DNA from: an uncultured bacterium
GTDB lineage: Bacteria > Vulcanimicrobiota > Xenobia > Xenobiales > Xenobiaceae
Direction of reading: 5' to 3'
Length of the DNA: 64,000 nt
Assembly: GCA_958366945.1 (NCBI GenBank)
Contig: CATXCY010000004.1
Location: forward strand, 30,803-94,802
A program made the translations under genes and the position numbers. Every line of letters begins with the position of its first letter. The stretch's first letter is position 1. This document shows positions 39,926 to 49,446 of this stretch, one piece after another. Under the pieces are notes generated by a model. The model was not told the DNA's origin. It saw only the letters and a list, made by a program, of their open reading frames with translations, and did no database searches.

Positions 39926-40726
39926 CTACTCTACTTGAGAAGCGCTAGAAGAGTCTTGGTCTTCTTGCCAACCGTCAGCCCAGCCAGTTCTAGTAAAATC
40001 TAAATCTGACCAAGCCACTAAATGGCGCCCGCGAGAAAAACATAAAAAAGTATCGTGTTCAAAATCATGAACCGTATTATATGTTTTTACTTTATCGCGC
40101 TTCCAAGTCAAAAAAGCTTGCACAGACTCAGTAAAGTAGGCTTTTTGACTGCGCTGACAAATTTCGCGTACCAGGCGGAAAAAATTCTGGAAAGAAACGT
40201 GAGAGAGCTTTTCTTTCAAGAAACTTCTGTAATTGATGGAAGAAGAGTCGAAACGCAGCGGTTCCTCTCTATTTGAGCAATAAATATCTAAAAAGTTGGT
40301 AGGTTTCAGAGTTACAATCTTATCTTTATCATCGTCACGTACGTTGCCTTGAGCCATACGAGAGAAATTCTTTACCAACTTTTGCACTTTATAAGCGGAA
40401 GCGTCTTGTTCGCTGCGCTCGACAATCATGCCTAAAGCCACGTGTTCAATACTGTCCCAAGGAACCTCGATAGTAGCGCTGGAAGTTTCCCCTACCAGAG
40501 CTTCCTCTGTAAAGTATCCACTCTTAATACGATTTGGTAAGGGAGTAGCTCTTTTATGAAAAAGAGGAGCGTGTTCCGGCAAAGATTCATTCTCTTCATT
40601 ATTGGATGAAGTAGAAGTATCTTCCTGATCAGGAGAGACTATATAGGGATTACTATCCTCAAAGCTATTTTCTAAAAAAACTTTTTCTTCTGACATTTTT
40701 CCCTCAAACTGATTCTTACCAATCAT
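39926..40726 (-). CDS. Acidic hypothetical protein translationally coupled to pilT
   Basis: Overlaps pilT by 11 nt; D/E/S-rich N-terminus; no known motif. Confidence 0.4.
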   Translation of the reverse strand: MIGKNQFEGKMSEEKVFLENSFEDSNPYIVSPDQEDTSTSSNNEENESLPEHAPLFHKRATPLPNRIKSGYFTEEALVGETSSATIEVPWDSIEHVALGMIVERSEQDASAYKVQKLVKNFSRMAQGNVRDDDKDKIVTLKPTNFLDIYCSNREEPLRFDSSSINYRSFLKEKLSHVSFQNFFRLVREICQRSQKAYFTESVQAFLTWKRDKVKTYNTVHDFEHDTFLCFSRGRHLVAWSDLDFTRTGWADGWQEDQDSSSASQVE

Positions 40727-41843
40727 TCTTAATAATATTGCTAGCTTCGTTCATTTCTTGCACCGCATGACGCATCTTTAACTTTAAGTCGTTGGCATTA
40801 TCAGAATTGCGCAAAGCGTCGTCGGCAGTAATCTTGCCAGCCTTAAACAGTTGCAACAAATGATAGTCGAAACTTTGCATACCATCAGGATGGAAGGAGT
40901 CTAGCTCGCGTTTAATCGTAGTAAGAGCGTTTTCACGCAAACATTCTTGGATACGAGCATTGTTGATCATAATTTCCAAGGCAGGTACACGACCTCCTCC
41001 AATAGCCGGAATAAGGCGCTGAGCAATGACAGCTTTAACATTCATAGAAAGCTGATACAACACGGGATTATGCATCTCGTCTGGGAAGAATTGCAAAACA
41101 CGCTCGATAGTTTGTACAGCGTTATTGGCGTGCAAAGTAGACAGCACTAAGTGACCAGTTTCGGCAAAATATACGGCCGACTCCACAGACGAAAGATCGC
41201 GCATCTCACCAACTAGCAAAACGTCTGGCGCTTGACGCAAAGCACTTTCCAAAGCATCGCGGAAGCACATAGTATCGGTACCGACTTCGCGCTGAGAGAC
41301 TAAGCATTTGTTAGTATCAGTATGAACATATTCGACAGGATCTTCAATCGTAACGATATGGCCACTAGAATGTTCTTTGCGATACTTAATCATGGAAGCC
41401 AAAGTGGTTGATTTACCAGATCCTGTAGGGCCAGTTACCAAAATAAGGCCGCGCCTTTCCATAACTAAATCGTTAAGGACAGGATGGAGTCCCAGAGTCT
41501 CGATATCCAGAATATCTTCTTCAACTCGCCTAAATACCATAGCAACGCTGTCTTTTTGGCGATAAGCATTGACACGGAAACGCCCAATATGTTTTAAAGG
41601 ATAAACAAAGTTGGCTTCGGGGTGGCCGCCTTCAAATTTTTCACGCAAGTGGCCTGGCATGATGGCCAGAGCCAAATATTCGGTCATTTGTGGAGTTAGA
41701 GCTTCACATTGTACTGGATACATAGTACCAGTAATACGCAAAAAAGGAGGCAAATCGGCTTTGATATAAACGTCGGAAGCTTTTTGTTGATAAGAAAGAG
41801 CCAATACCTTATCAAGCAAAGCTCTCAGATTCTCAAATTCCAT
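40716..41843 (-). CDS. pilT: Type IV pilus retraction ATPase (PilT/PilU family)
   Basis: GLILVTGPTGSGKSTTLASMI Walker A, Asp box, His box (STLHANNA). Confidence 0.85.
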   Translation of the reverse strand: MEFENLRALLDKVLALSYQQKASDVYIKADLPPFLRITGTMYPVQCEALTPQMTEYLALAIMPGHLREKFEGGHPEANFVYPLKHIGRFRVNAYRQKDSVAMVFRRVEEDILDIETLGLHPVLNDLVMERRGLILVTGPTGSGKSTTLASMIKYRKEHSSGHIVTIEDPVEYVHTDTNKCLVSQREVGTDTMCFRDALESALRQAPDVLLVGEMRDLSSVESAVYFAETGHLVLSTLHANNAVQTIERVLQFFPDEMHNPVLYQLSMNVKAVIAQRLIPAIGGGRVPALEIMINNARIQECLRENALTTIKRELDSFHPDGMQSFDYHLLQLFKAGKITADDALRNSDNANDLKLKMRHAVQEMNEASNIIKNDW

Positions 41844-41916
41844 ATTTTCTCTCCTTTAGGTACAATTTCGGCAGCTTCAAAAAGCTGTCAAAGTATTTTT
41901 TCAGCTGCCTATTAGG

Positions 41917-42525
41917 CTAAAAGAACTTAATATTGATATGCTCTTCCTGTCCGGCCAAAAGGCGCTCAATATTGTGCCGGTGTTGAAATATAACAATAGC
42001 GGCGCTGATTATGGCAAAAATAATTTCGAAAGTCGAAGCTCCGTAAACATAAGCTATGCAAGGAAAAGCAAAAGCCGCTGAAAGAGAAGCAGCTGAAGCC
42101 CAGCGAGTTAAAAGAGCTACGCCAAGCCATAAAAGAGCTGCTATACCTATAGCTTGAGGAACTAAAGCTAAAAACACGCCGCAAGTAGTAGCTACGCCTT
42201 TGCCACCTTTAAATTTTAAAAATATTGACCAATTGTGACCTGCCACAGCAGCCAGGCCAAAAAACAATTTTACAAGAGGATGCATAAAATCGGGCACAAA
42301 GACAAGATAAGATAAGCAAACAGCCAAAAAGCCCTTTAAAACATCAAGGACGAGTACTATAAGCGCTGCCTTCAACCCCAAAACGCGATAAGCGTTAGTA
42401 GTGCCAACACTGCCGCTTCCTGAACTTGAAAGGTCGGTGCCGTTAAAGCGTTTAGCTACTATAGCTCCTGAAGGGAATGATCCCAATAAGTAGCAAACTG
42501 CCAACAAAATCAATAACCAAATCAT
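41917..42525 (-). CDS. plsY: Glycerol-3-phosphate acyltransferase PlsY
   Basis: LGSFPSGAIVAK...GSGSVGTTNAYRVLG signature motifs; polytopic. Confidence 0.85.
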   Translation of the reverse strand: MIWLLILLAVCYLLGSFPSGAIVAKRFNGTDLSSSGSGSVGTTNAYRVLGLKAALIVLVLDVLKGFLAVCLSYLVFVPDFMHPLVKLFFGLAAVAGHNWSIFLKFKGGKGVATTCGVFLALVPQAIGIAALLWLGVALLTRWASAASLSAAFAFPCIAYVYGASTFEIIFAIISAAIVIFQHRHNIERLLAGQEEHINIKFF

Positions 42526-42630
42526 ACTTAACTCTAATTTCTTTCCCTTGACCGTCGTTTATTGAAAAGCAATACCGACTGCCAATATTTAGCCTATTGC
42601 AATCGGCTCCCCTGCTGACTAGCAAGCTCT

Positions 42631-44061
42631 TTACCAATCAAAATAGAAACGTCCACCAGGTCTGGCCATAATCAAAGTAGGCTCGCGCAAATATTCATTG
42701 GCTACCCTTTTAACATCAGCTACGGTGACACGTTGCAATTCTTGTAATTTGCGAGCGTCACTTTCGTAGCCGGCGCCAGAAAGTTCAGCCATGCCTAAAT
42801 GCAAAGCTCTGCCACTCATACTCTCCCTTTCCAATAAATACATACCCAGCAATTTTTCTTTAGTTTCGGCCAACTCTAATTCGCTCATGCCATCTTTTTT
42901 TAACTTATCTATCTCAGCAAGCATACGTCGTCTGGCTATTCCAACTGAACTAGGCTTGGTAATTACATGACACAAAAGATGCGAAGGGCCCAAAAGTTCT
43001 GGATATCTGGCTCCCACTTCATAGGCCAATCCTCTATTTTCACGCAATTGAGTCCAAAGGCGCGAGCTTAGTCCGGCGCCTAAAGCTCCGTAAATAACTT
43101 GCATAGGTGCATAATCAGAGCTTTGTAAAGAAGGAGCTTGATATCCAAGCAAAACCCAAGCCAATTCCGATTGGGAGTATAAATAAACTTCTTTTTCGGA
43201 AGCTTGTGGCTCCCATTGAACTTCCAAAATTTTTTCCCGAGCCGGTATTAAAGAGCTACAATCTGAAGCTACTTCTGCACGCACTCTATGCCCATTAAGT
43301 CGACCAGCTGCAGTTATTACCGTGCGATCAGGAGTGAAATTATTTTTAAAATAGGCACTAACATCAGCAGCTGTAGCCCTTTTTAAAATCAATGGTACTA
43401 CTTGCGGCGAGCGCTTATAAGGATGCAATCTATAAAAGCAACTCAAGAAAATATCATAAAGCTGATCGGAAGTACCGCCGCCCTCTCCCATACGATTCAA
43501 AGTTTGTTCACGGGCCCTTTGTAATTCAGCTTCGGAAAAATTGGGATTAGACACCGCTTTACATAAACGGCGCAACATAAACATATAATTGACTGGTGAT
43601 GTGGTAATGCTCAAGCGGCTATAATCGGCCGAAGCCCCATCATCGACCAAGGTACCAGTAATTTCTACAACATCGTCACCTTCACTGTCGTCGGAAATAC
43701 GATTGTTGAGCATTTTTAAAATTAAAAAATTGTACCCTTGTAAATTGCTGCCTTCTTGGCTAACTCCACAACGCACCAAATAATCAAGCACAACTAAATT
43801 TTCGCTGGGAGCTTCTAAAGTTAAGCACGCCAAACCATTGGGTAAGACATATTTTTTTACAGCCGCAGTAGCAGCCGACGCCGCCGAAGTTCCGGAAAGC
43901 GAAAAATTGTCAATTTTATAAGTAGCTGACGTAGGTCGATTGTAACTAGGCAGCGCGGGTAACTTTAAATTGCTTTCTTTGAACTGGTCAGCATAAACGG
44001 CCGAAGTTAGAAAAGCAACAAAAATAAATCCGGTGGCAATTTGTGTAAAAACTTTGAACAT
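42631..44061 (-). CDS. M16-family peptidase, non-catalytic subunit, secreted
   Basis: Signal peptide; no HXXEH; M16 domain organisation. Confidence 0.6.
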   Translation of the reverse strand: MFKVFTQIATGFIFVAFLTSAVYADQFKESNLKLPALPSYNRPTSATYKIDNFSLSGTSAASAATAAVKKYVLPNGLACLTLEAPSENLVVLDYLVRCGVSQEGSNLQGYNFLILKMLNNRISDDSEGDDVVEITGTLVDDGASADYSRLSITTSPVNYMFMLRRLCKAVSNPNFSEAELQRAREQTLNRMGEGGGTSDQLYDIFLSCFYRLHPYKRSPQVVPLILKRATAADVSAYFKNNFTPDRTVITAAGRLNGHRVRAEVASDCSSLIPAREKILEVQWEPQASEKEVYLYSQSELAWVLLGYQAPSLQSSDYAPMQVIYGALGAGLSSRLWTQLRENRGLAYEVGARYPELLGPSHLLCHVITKPSSVGIARRRMLAEIDKLKKDGMSELELAETKEKLLGMYLLERESMSGRALHLGMAELSGAGYESDARKLQELQRVTVADVKRVANEYLREPTLIMARPGGRFYFDW

Positions 44062-44076
44062 AAGCCTAGCCTTTCT

Positions 44077-45519
44077 TCAGCGCTTGGTTGCATAATTGCC
44101 CGGAGCGGATGTCTCTTCACTAGCGGAATTGACATTGTTAGTTTTTTTAGGAGGCTGACCGACTAATTTTACGCAGTAGTATCCTCCGCTTAAGTATTTA
44201 TTGGCTGCCGCTATCACCTCATCTTTGGTTACTTTTTCAATTTCTTCCAAATAGCGATTGGTAAATTTCACATCATTAATAGAAGCATAAAAGCCTAAAT
44301 TTTCGGCTTTGCCAGCGTTAGTCTCTTCTGAAAAAGAATAGTTGCTGCGTAAAAAGGCTTTAGCTCGACGCAAATCACGCTCGGTAAACTTACCTTGACA
44401 CACAGAATCGGCAACAGATAGCAATTCACGCTTAATACGCTCTTCGTTGCCTACTTTGCCTATACCATAAATTGAAATTAAACCGGGGAAACGCTGAGTC
44501 AGAAATTGGACACCGCCATCTTGAATTTTGCCTTTTTTTACTAACTCGCGCTGGATTAAAGAGCCACGTCCCAAACCTAACAAGAAAGACATAACATCCA
44601 CTTGATAAATGTCAGGCTTATCATGAATAGAGGGCCCTATAAAACCGACCATAATAAAGCTAGACTGTGCCTTAACTTCCTGAGTGTTTACTACTTCTTT
44701 TTCCGGCCTTTTTATGGAAGCATAATTACTGATAATGCGCTTTTGGGGGCGTGTAAAAGAAGAGAATTCTTCACGCAACACATTGAGCATTTCCGCGCTG
44801 TTAAAATCGCCTACTACAACTACGCTAGTACGTTCCGGAGAGATAAAAGTATCGCGAAACTTCAGAAAATCAGGGCGATTAAAAGATTTTATGGTATATT
44901 CAGTGCCGATAATCGGTCTGGCATAAGGGTGATCGCCGTAAGCCATTTCGCTAATTAGCTGATTCATAATACGCGCAGGGCTTTCTAAGTTCATACGATA
45001 CTCTTCCAGAACAGCTTTGCGCTCTTGATCTATAGATTCTTGATCCAATTCGGCATTTTTTAAAGCATCAGCCAAAAGGTGCATACCCTTAACAGCATTT
45101 TTACTGGGCAAGTTTATATAGTAGTGAGTAAAATCACGACTTGTAGAAGCATTGGTTTGTCCTCCCAGAGCTTCGATAGCCCTTTTAAATTGGTAGCCAT
45201 TTAAAGTTGGAGTACCACGGAAAAACAGGTGCTCAAAAAAGTGAGATATACCCATAGTCTCCGGAGTCTCTTCAAAACCGCCTACTTTGCAAAATATATT
45301 AAGCGAACAAGTTGGAGAAGCATAATTTTCGGATAAAACCAAAAGCATACCGTTAGGCAATACTTCACTATAATAGTTTACTTTTTGCTGAGCCAGTGCC
45401 GGCCCCAAGCTGAATAAAACCGACACTAAAACAAATAAACCAAGCAGGCACTTTAAGCGCCCTTCTTTTTTAATAAAGGCTAACATTTTTTTCATACTCT
45501 CTGATTGTACTATAAACAT
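44077..45519 (-). CDS. M16-family zinc peptidase, catalytic subunit, secreted
   Basis: GISHFFEHLFFRGT (HXXEH) and a signal/TM N-terminus. Confidence 0.8.
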   Translation of the reverse strand: MFIVQSESMKKMLAFIKKEGRLKCLLGLFVLVSVLFSLGPALAQQKVNYYSEVLPNGMLLVLSENYASPTCSLNIFCKVGGFEETPETMGISHFFEHLFFRGTPTLNGYQFKRAIEALGGQTNASTSRDFTHYYINLPSKNAVKGMHLLADALKNAELDQESIDQERKAVLEEYRMNLESPARIMNQLISEMAYGDHPYARPIIGTEYTIKSFNRPDFLKFRDTFISPERTSVVVVGDFNSAEMLNVLREEFSSFTRPQKRIISNYASIKRPEKEVVNTQEVKAQSSFIMVGFIGPSIHDKPDIYQVDVMSFLLGLGRGSLIQRELVKKGKIQDGGVQFLTQRFPGLISIYGIGKVGNEERIKRELLSVADSVCQGKFTERDLRRAKAFLRSNYSFSEETNAGKAENLGFYASINDVKFTNRYLEEIEKVTKDEVIAAANKYLSGGYYCVKLVGQPPKKTNNVNSASEETSAPGNYATKR

Positions 45520-45590
45520 TAGCGAAAGATATTAGCCTAAACGAAATAGCTTAATTTTATTTTTTACTTCCAGACAAAATTTAAAAATAA

Positions 45591-45630
45591 AAAAGCCCGA
45601 ACTCTCGAGAGAGCCGAGCTTTTTCTCACA
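45591..45630 (-). terminator. Intrinsic terminator downstream of the tRNA-Gln/tRNA-Glu operon
   Basis: GC-rich imperfect palindrome GCCCGAACTCTCGAGAGAGCCGAGC flanked by an A-run (plus strand), giving a T-run on the minus strand. Confidence 0.45.
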
Positions 45631-45681
45631 CATAGAGAAAAGGGCCGGTACGCGGGGGGGGGAAACGCTACCAGCCCTAAA

Positions 45682-45758
45682 TGGTACCACGTGCGGGATT
45701 CGAACCCGCGATTTTCGCCGTGAGAGGGCGACGTCCTGATCCTCTAGACCAACGTGGC
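45682..45758 (-). tRNA. tRNA-Glu (anticodon CUC), CCA encoded
   Basis: Manually folded. Acceptor GCCACGU/ACGUGGU, anticodon stem UCGCC/GGCGA with loop CUCUCAC, T-arm GCGGG-UUCGAAU-CCCGC. Closely resembles E. coli tRNA-Glu. Confidence 0.85.
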
Positions 45759-45765
45759 ATGAAGT

Positions 45766-45839
45766 TGGCTGCCGAAGAAGGATTTGAACCCTCACGTACG
45801 GATCCAGAGTCCGCTGTCCTACCGTTAGACGATTCGGCA
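45766..45839 (-). tRNA. tRNA-Gln (anticodon CUG), CCA encoded
   Basis: Manually folded. U1:A72 acceptor UGCCGAA/UUCGGCA, discriminator G, anticodon loop CUCUGGA, T-loop UUCAAAU. Confidence 0.85.
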
Positions 45840-46030
45840 TCGTAGTCTTCACTACCATTTTACATTTTCTCTCGTTCTCGCTAGAAGCTTTTGTTTTGCT
45901 ATCTCTTGGGAACGAGTGGATTATATACACATAATATAGATTAGTCAAGAGCTTTTCTAAAAAAATAAAAGTTTTTTTTCAAGTTATCTTCTGCCACTCT
46001 GACTACCTATATACAAAAAGAAATTGCCCA

Positions 46031-46080
46031 AAAAAAAAGCGCTTCGTTTATGTGCATCAAAAAGCACAGAAACAAAGCGC
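46031..46080 (-). terminator. Candidate intrinsic terminator after the 5'-nucleotidase gene
   Basis: GCGCTTTG...CGAAGCGC imperfect stem with an inner TGTGC/GCACA hairpin, followed on the minus strand by T9. Confidence 0.4.
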
Positions 46081-46120
46081 ATTTACCTAGTTTAGCAACA
46101 AAAACTAGAGCAAAACTATT

Positions 46121-47761
46121 TTATTTTTTAATCAGTCTGCCAGTAGCGGGAGCGGGCATACTGTCAAAGCTCTTCAGATAATCGACAAAGACATCTCTGG
46201 TAATGCCGATAGTTTTGATAGTCTCACCGCGCCCCAAAGCGCTGTAGTTGTCGCCACCCTTAGAAAGGAACTCGGTAGTAGCAACGGTATAATCGGCTTC
46301 AGGATCAACATCTTTGCCATTTACCTTGAGAGAAATAACCTCTTTGGTATTGCCATCAGCTACCATTTCCACACCGGAAGCTTGCAGAGGGCCGGTTTCG
46401 GTCATGCGAATGGACTGAGTGAAGAGGTCGAGCAAATCTTTACCTTTAACCTTAATAACAACGACCGGATCGTCAAAAGGCAACAAGCGGAAGAGAGTAT
46501 CTAACTTTACTTCTCCAGCGCTGATATTTTCAAGACGGATGCCTCCCCAGTTATAAGCGGCGATATCGGCTCCGGATTCTTTTCTCATAGCATCGCAAAT
46601 AGCGTTTCCTAAGGAAGAATCATACTGACCCTCAGCATTGCTAATACTAAGATCATCCTTCAAACTTCCGACGACCTTTTCCATTAAAGGACGTACTTGA
46701 TCGTTATATTTCTTAGCAATAGCAGCTACCGTAGGATCGGCTTCAATGGTGCAATTCTTATCTACGGGAATTAAATTATAATTGAAATCGTAAACCTTAC
46801 CATTGTAAGGACTTACATGCATTTCGATCTGACCTAAGTAGCGGCCGTAGTGATCAGCTTGCACAATCCAAGTATGACCACCTACGTTAACAGCCTTATC
46901 AAGCTTAGTGTGAGAGTGACCACCTACGATTAAATCGATAGCGGGAACTTTTTCAGCAGTAATCTTATCGGCATCTACACCACAGTGGCTGACAGCCACA
47001 ATCATTTCGGCACCGTCTTTGTACATCTGGGGGATATACTTTAAGCAAGTTTCAGCCGGATCCAAGAATTTCAAATCGGCAGTGTTGCCTTTTTTAACCA
47101 AGCCAGGGATATCCTGAGCGATCAAACCAATAACGCCAATTTTAACGCCGTTGATCTTGGTAATCATGTAAGGTTTATAAGGATTTTGGCCTTTACTATT
47201 GACTACATTGGCTACTAAGATGGGGTACTTAGCATTGCTCAGCATCTTTTTCTGAACATCCATACCCCAGTCATATTCATGGTTTCCCAAAGTTCCAGCT
47301 ACTGGAGCCATATAACTGAGGGCTTTGTACATAGGTTCGCCATGGAATAAGTTAGAAACTGGAGTTCCCTGAGCCACATCACCACAATCAAAGTAAAGAA
47401 CTTTGCCGGGATTCTCGGTTCTGATCTTCTTTACTAAAGAAGCGATACGAGTGAGACCGCCACGGTTTTTACTGTCCGGTTCGATATTACCGTGAAGATC
47501 GTTAGTATGTACGATAACGATCTTGCGTCCTTTTTCCAGATCGGCGCTGTTATTTTTTGGAGTTTTGGCATCCGCATTAAAACCAGAGCCAGCGGTCAAG
47601 ACCATAACGGTCATGCCCATAATCATTGCACGAATTGCCGTACCACGAGTCATATTAGAGAAGAACTCCTTAGTCCTAAAAATAGATGTATCAGAAAGCG
47701 ACGACCCCAAGAGACCGAAGCAACATCTGTCAAGAGCAAATTTTTCCCCCCAAACGACCAA
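46121..47761 (-). CDS. Bifunctional metallophosphatase/5'-nucleotidase (UshA-like), secreted
   Basis: Signal peptide; calcineurin-like motifs (GDVAQG, GNHEYDWG, GGHSH); C-terminal 5'-nucleotidase domain. Confidence 0.8.
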   Translation of the reverse strand: MVVWGEKFALDRCCFGLLGSSLSDTSIFRTKEFFSNMTRGTAIRAMIMGMTVMVLTAGSGFNADAKTPKNNSADLEKGRKIVIVHTNDLHGNIEPDSKNRGGLTRIASLVKKIRTENPGKVLYFDCGDVAQGTPVSNLFHGEPMYKALSYMAPVAGTLGNHEYDWGMDVQKKMLSNAKYPILVANVVNSKGQNPYKPYMITKINGVKIGVIGLIAQDIPGLVKKGNTADLKFLDPAETCLKYIPQMYKDGAEMIVAVSHCGVDADKITAEKVPAIDLIVGGHSHTKLDKAVNVGGHTWIVQADHYGRYLGQIEMHVSPYNGKVYDFNYNLIPVDKNCTIEADPTVAAIAKKYNDQVRPLMEKVVGSLKDDLSISNAEGQYDSSLGNAICDAMRKESGADIAAYNWGGIRLENISAGEVKLDTLFRLLPFDDPVVVIKVKGKDLLDLFTQSIRMTETGPLQASGVEMVADGNTKEVISLKVNGKDVDPEADYTVATTEFLSKGGDNYSALGRGETIKTIGITRDVFVDYLKSFDSMPAPATGRLIKK

Positions 47762-47856
47762 CTCAGTTTCTAAATTATAAGATCGGTTCCTGCCCTTTTA
47801 TGCAGTTTTTTTTGCAATACTTAGGCAAAAAGATGTTTTAAAGAAGGTTAAGCGTA

Positions 47857-48660
47857 TTAACCAAATAGCTTCCCAACTACAGCTTCCAACACTCCGCCAC
47901 CAACAGATCTCGCTTTATCAGAGATAGTATAAATATCGACTTTGTCTCCTCTGGGATCACAATCGCCGATTTTTTCTCCCAATCTAACTTCAGTACCATT
48001 GCGAATCAGTCCACGCAATTTGCCACTTAATGAGACTTGCACCGGAATATCGTTGACCCAACCTATAACTTCACCTTCAACAACCATTTTTCCAAGCTTT
48101 GCTTCAGCTTGAAAAATGCCATTGCAAGGAGCTTTAAGCAGGCGACGCTTACTTTCACCAGCTATAATTCCGGGAATTCCTGTATCTGGAAGTGCACAAC
48201 CTTGGCAAATAACTTGACCCAAAGTATGACCGCGCATAGTTTCAATTACACAATCGGCATTATTGCCGACACAGAAACCTGGCCCTACTCCAATAACCCA
48301 ACGACTCGGATGGCGCTGGTCAGCAACTTCTTTTTTCAACATGCGAGCATCGACTAAAAAACGTACTTGCAATTTGTCAAAAATTTTGCCCTCTGGATCG
48401 ACCACCACTCCTATATAGTGATGTTGTTCTACACCTTGTAACTCAGCTTCGGAGTGAATTAGTCTAGCCTCAACATCTTCAATTTGCACTTTACCTTCCC
48501 ACACAGCCTCGCCAAAGCAAACACTGCGCCGCACCATGCGCGGATTAGCCAATTCACTTATAATAATGGGAAAACCGGCTCTAAACAGACGATGAGCAAT
48601 ACCGCTAGCTAAATCGCCACCACCGCGAATGCCAACTAAAGGGACTTTATAATTTATCAT
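47857..48660 (-). CDS. Selenium-dependent molybdenum hydroxylase system protein, YqeB/EF2563-like (tentative)
   Basis: N-terminal GIRGGGDLASGIAHRLFRAGF, as I recall for the EF2563/YqeB family; recognition is from memory only. Confidence 0.45.
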   Translation of the reverse strand: MINYKVPLVGIRGGGDLASGIAHRLFRAGFPIIISELANPRMVRRSVCFGEAVWEGKVQIEDVEARLIHSEAELQGVEQHHYIGVVVDPEGKIFDKLQVRFLVDARMLKKEVADQRHPSRWVIGVGPGFCVGNNADCVIETMRGHTLGQVICQGCALPDTGIPGIIAGESKRRLLKAPCNGIFQAEAKLGKMVVEGEVIGWVNDIPVQVSLSGKLRGLIRNGTEVRLGEKIGDCDPRGDKVDIYTISDKARSVGGGVLEAVVGKLFG

Positions 48661-49378
48661 TACCTATATTTCTAGATAGCGGGAGTTTGAAATTTTCCTG
48701 ACGACAACAGCTGGCATAGGCATCCCAGGTGTCACAATCAGTAAAGATCTCCGGCCCCGTTGTTTCATAAAAAAGACAACGCGAGGAGTATTTTTTTAAA
48801 ATAGCTCCTCCTCCTCTGTCACCACTTAGTTGCATAAGCTCAGGCCAAAAATCACGGCCAAAAATTACTGGATGGCCCTGTCTGCCTTGCCAAGTAGGAA
48901 CAATAATAGTGCCTCTTCTTTCTGCTTGAGTAAGATTGTAGTTGGCTTTAATAATATGGTTGATAGTTTCCGCTTTTAATAAAGGTAAATCTGCTAAACA
49001 GATAGCTGCACAATCTAAGTCATCTTCTTGTGGAAAGAGATTTTGCAATTTTTCCAAACCTACTCTTAAGGAAGAAGCCATGCCTGAAGCCCAATCGCTA
49101 TTGATGGCCAAACTGAAACGTTTATTTTTAGCTATATGTTCGGCCTGACAATTATTTTGCCAAAGCCCTTCCCGCAACCAAGGAGAAATTTGTAAAATAT
49201 CTTCTGCTCGTGATCCGAGCACAAAAATATTCCAAACGGCTTGGCTGGCCAAGCAAGTAAAACAAGCATGTTCCAGCAAATTTTTCTCGTTTTTCCAAGG
49301 CAAAAGCTGCTTGGGCTCACACATGCGTGCCGAGCCTCCAGCGCCTAAAAGAATTAAGGCACATCTATTTTTCGACAT
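48647..49378 (-). CDS. MobA/MocA-like nucleotidyltransferase (molybdenum cofactor cytidylyl/guanylyltransferase family)
   Basis: ALILLGAGGSARMCEPKQLLPW N-terminal NTP-transferase motif; 14-nt overlap with the YqeB-like gene. Confidence 0.55.
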   Translation of the reverse strand: MSKNRCALILLGAGGSARMCEPKQLLPWKNEKNLLEHACFTCLASQAVWNIFVLGSRAEDILQISPWLREGLWQNNCQAEHIAKNKRFSLAINSDWASGMASSLRVGLEKLQNLFPQEDDLDCAAICLADLPLLKAETINHIIKANYNLTQAERRGTIIVPTWQGRQGHPVIFGRDFWPELMQLSGDRGGGAILKKYSSRCLFYETTGPEIFTDCDTWDAYASCCRQENFKLPLSRNIGNDKL

Positions 49379-49446
49379 AATATTTCAGGATATTTTCCGT
49401 TCTAAAATATAGACTGCTTCCAAAATAGAACTTTAGGAGGCAGGTA

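Noticed and set aside
45532-45948. 138-aa ORF spanning the tRNA genes
   Set aside because: Overlaps two well-folding tRNAs and their terminator; spurious.
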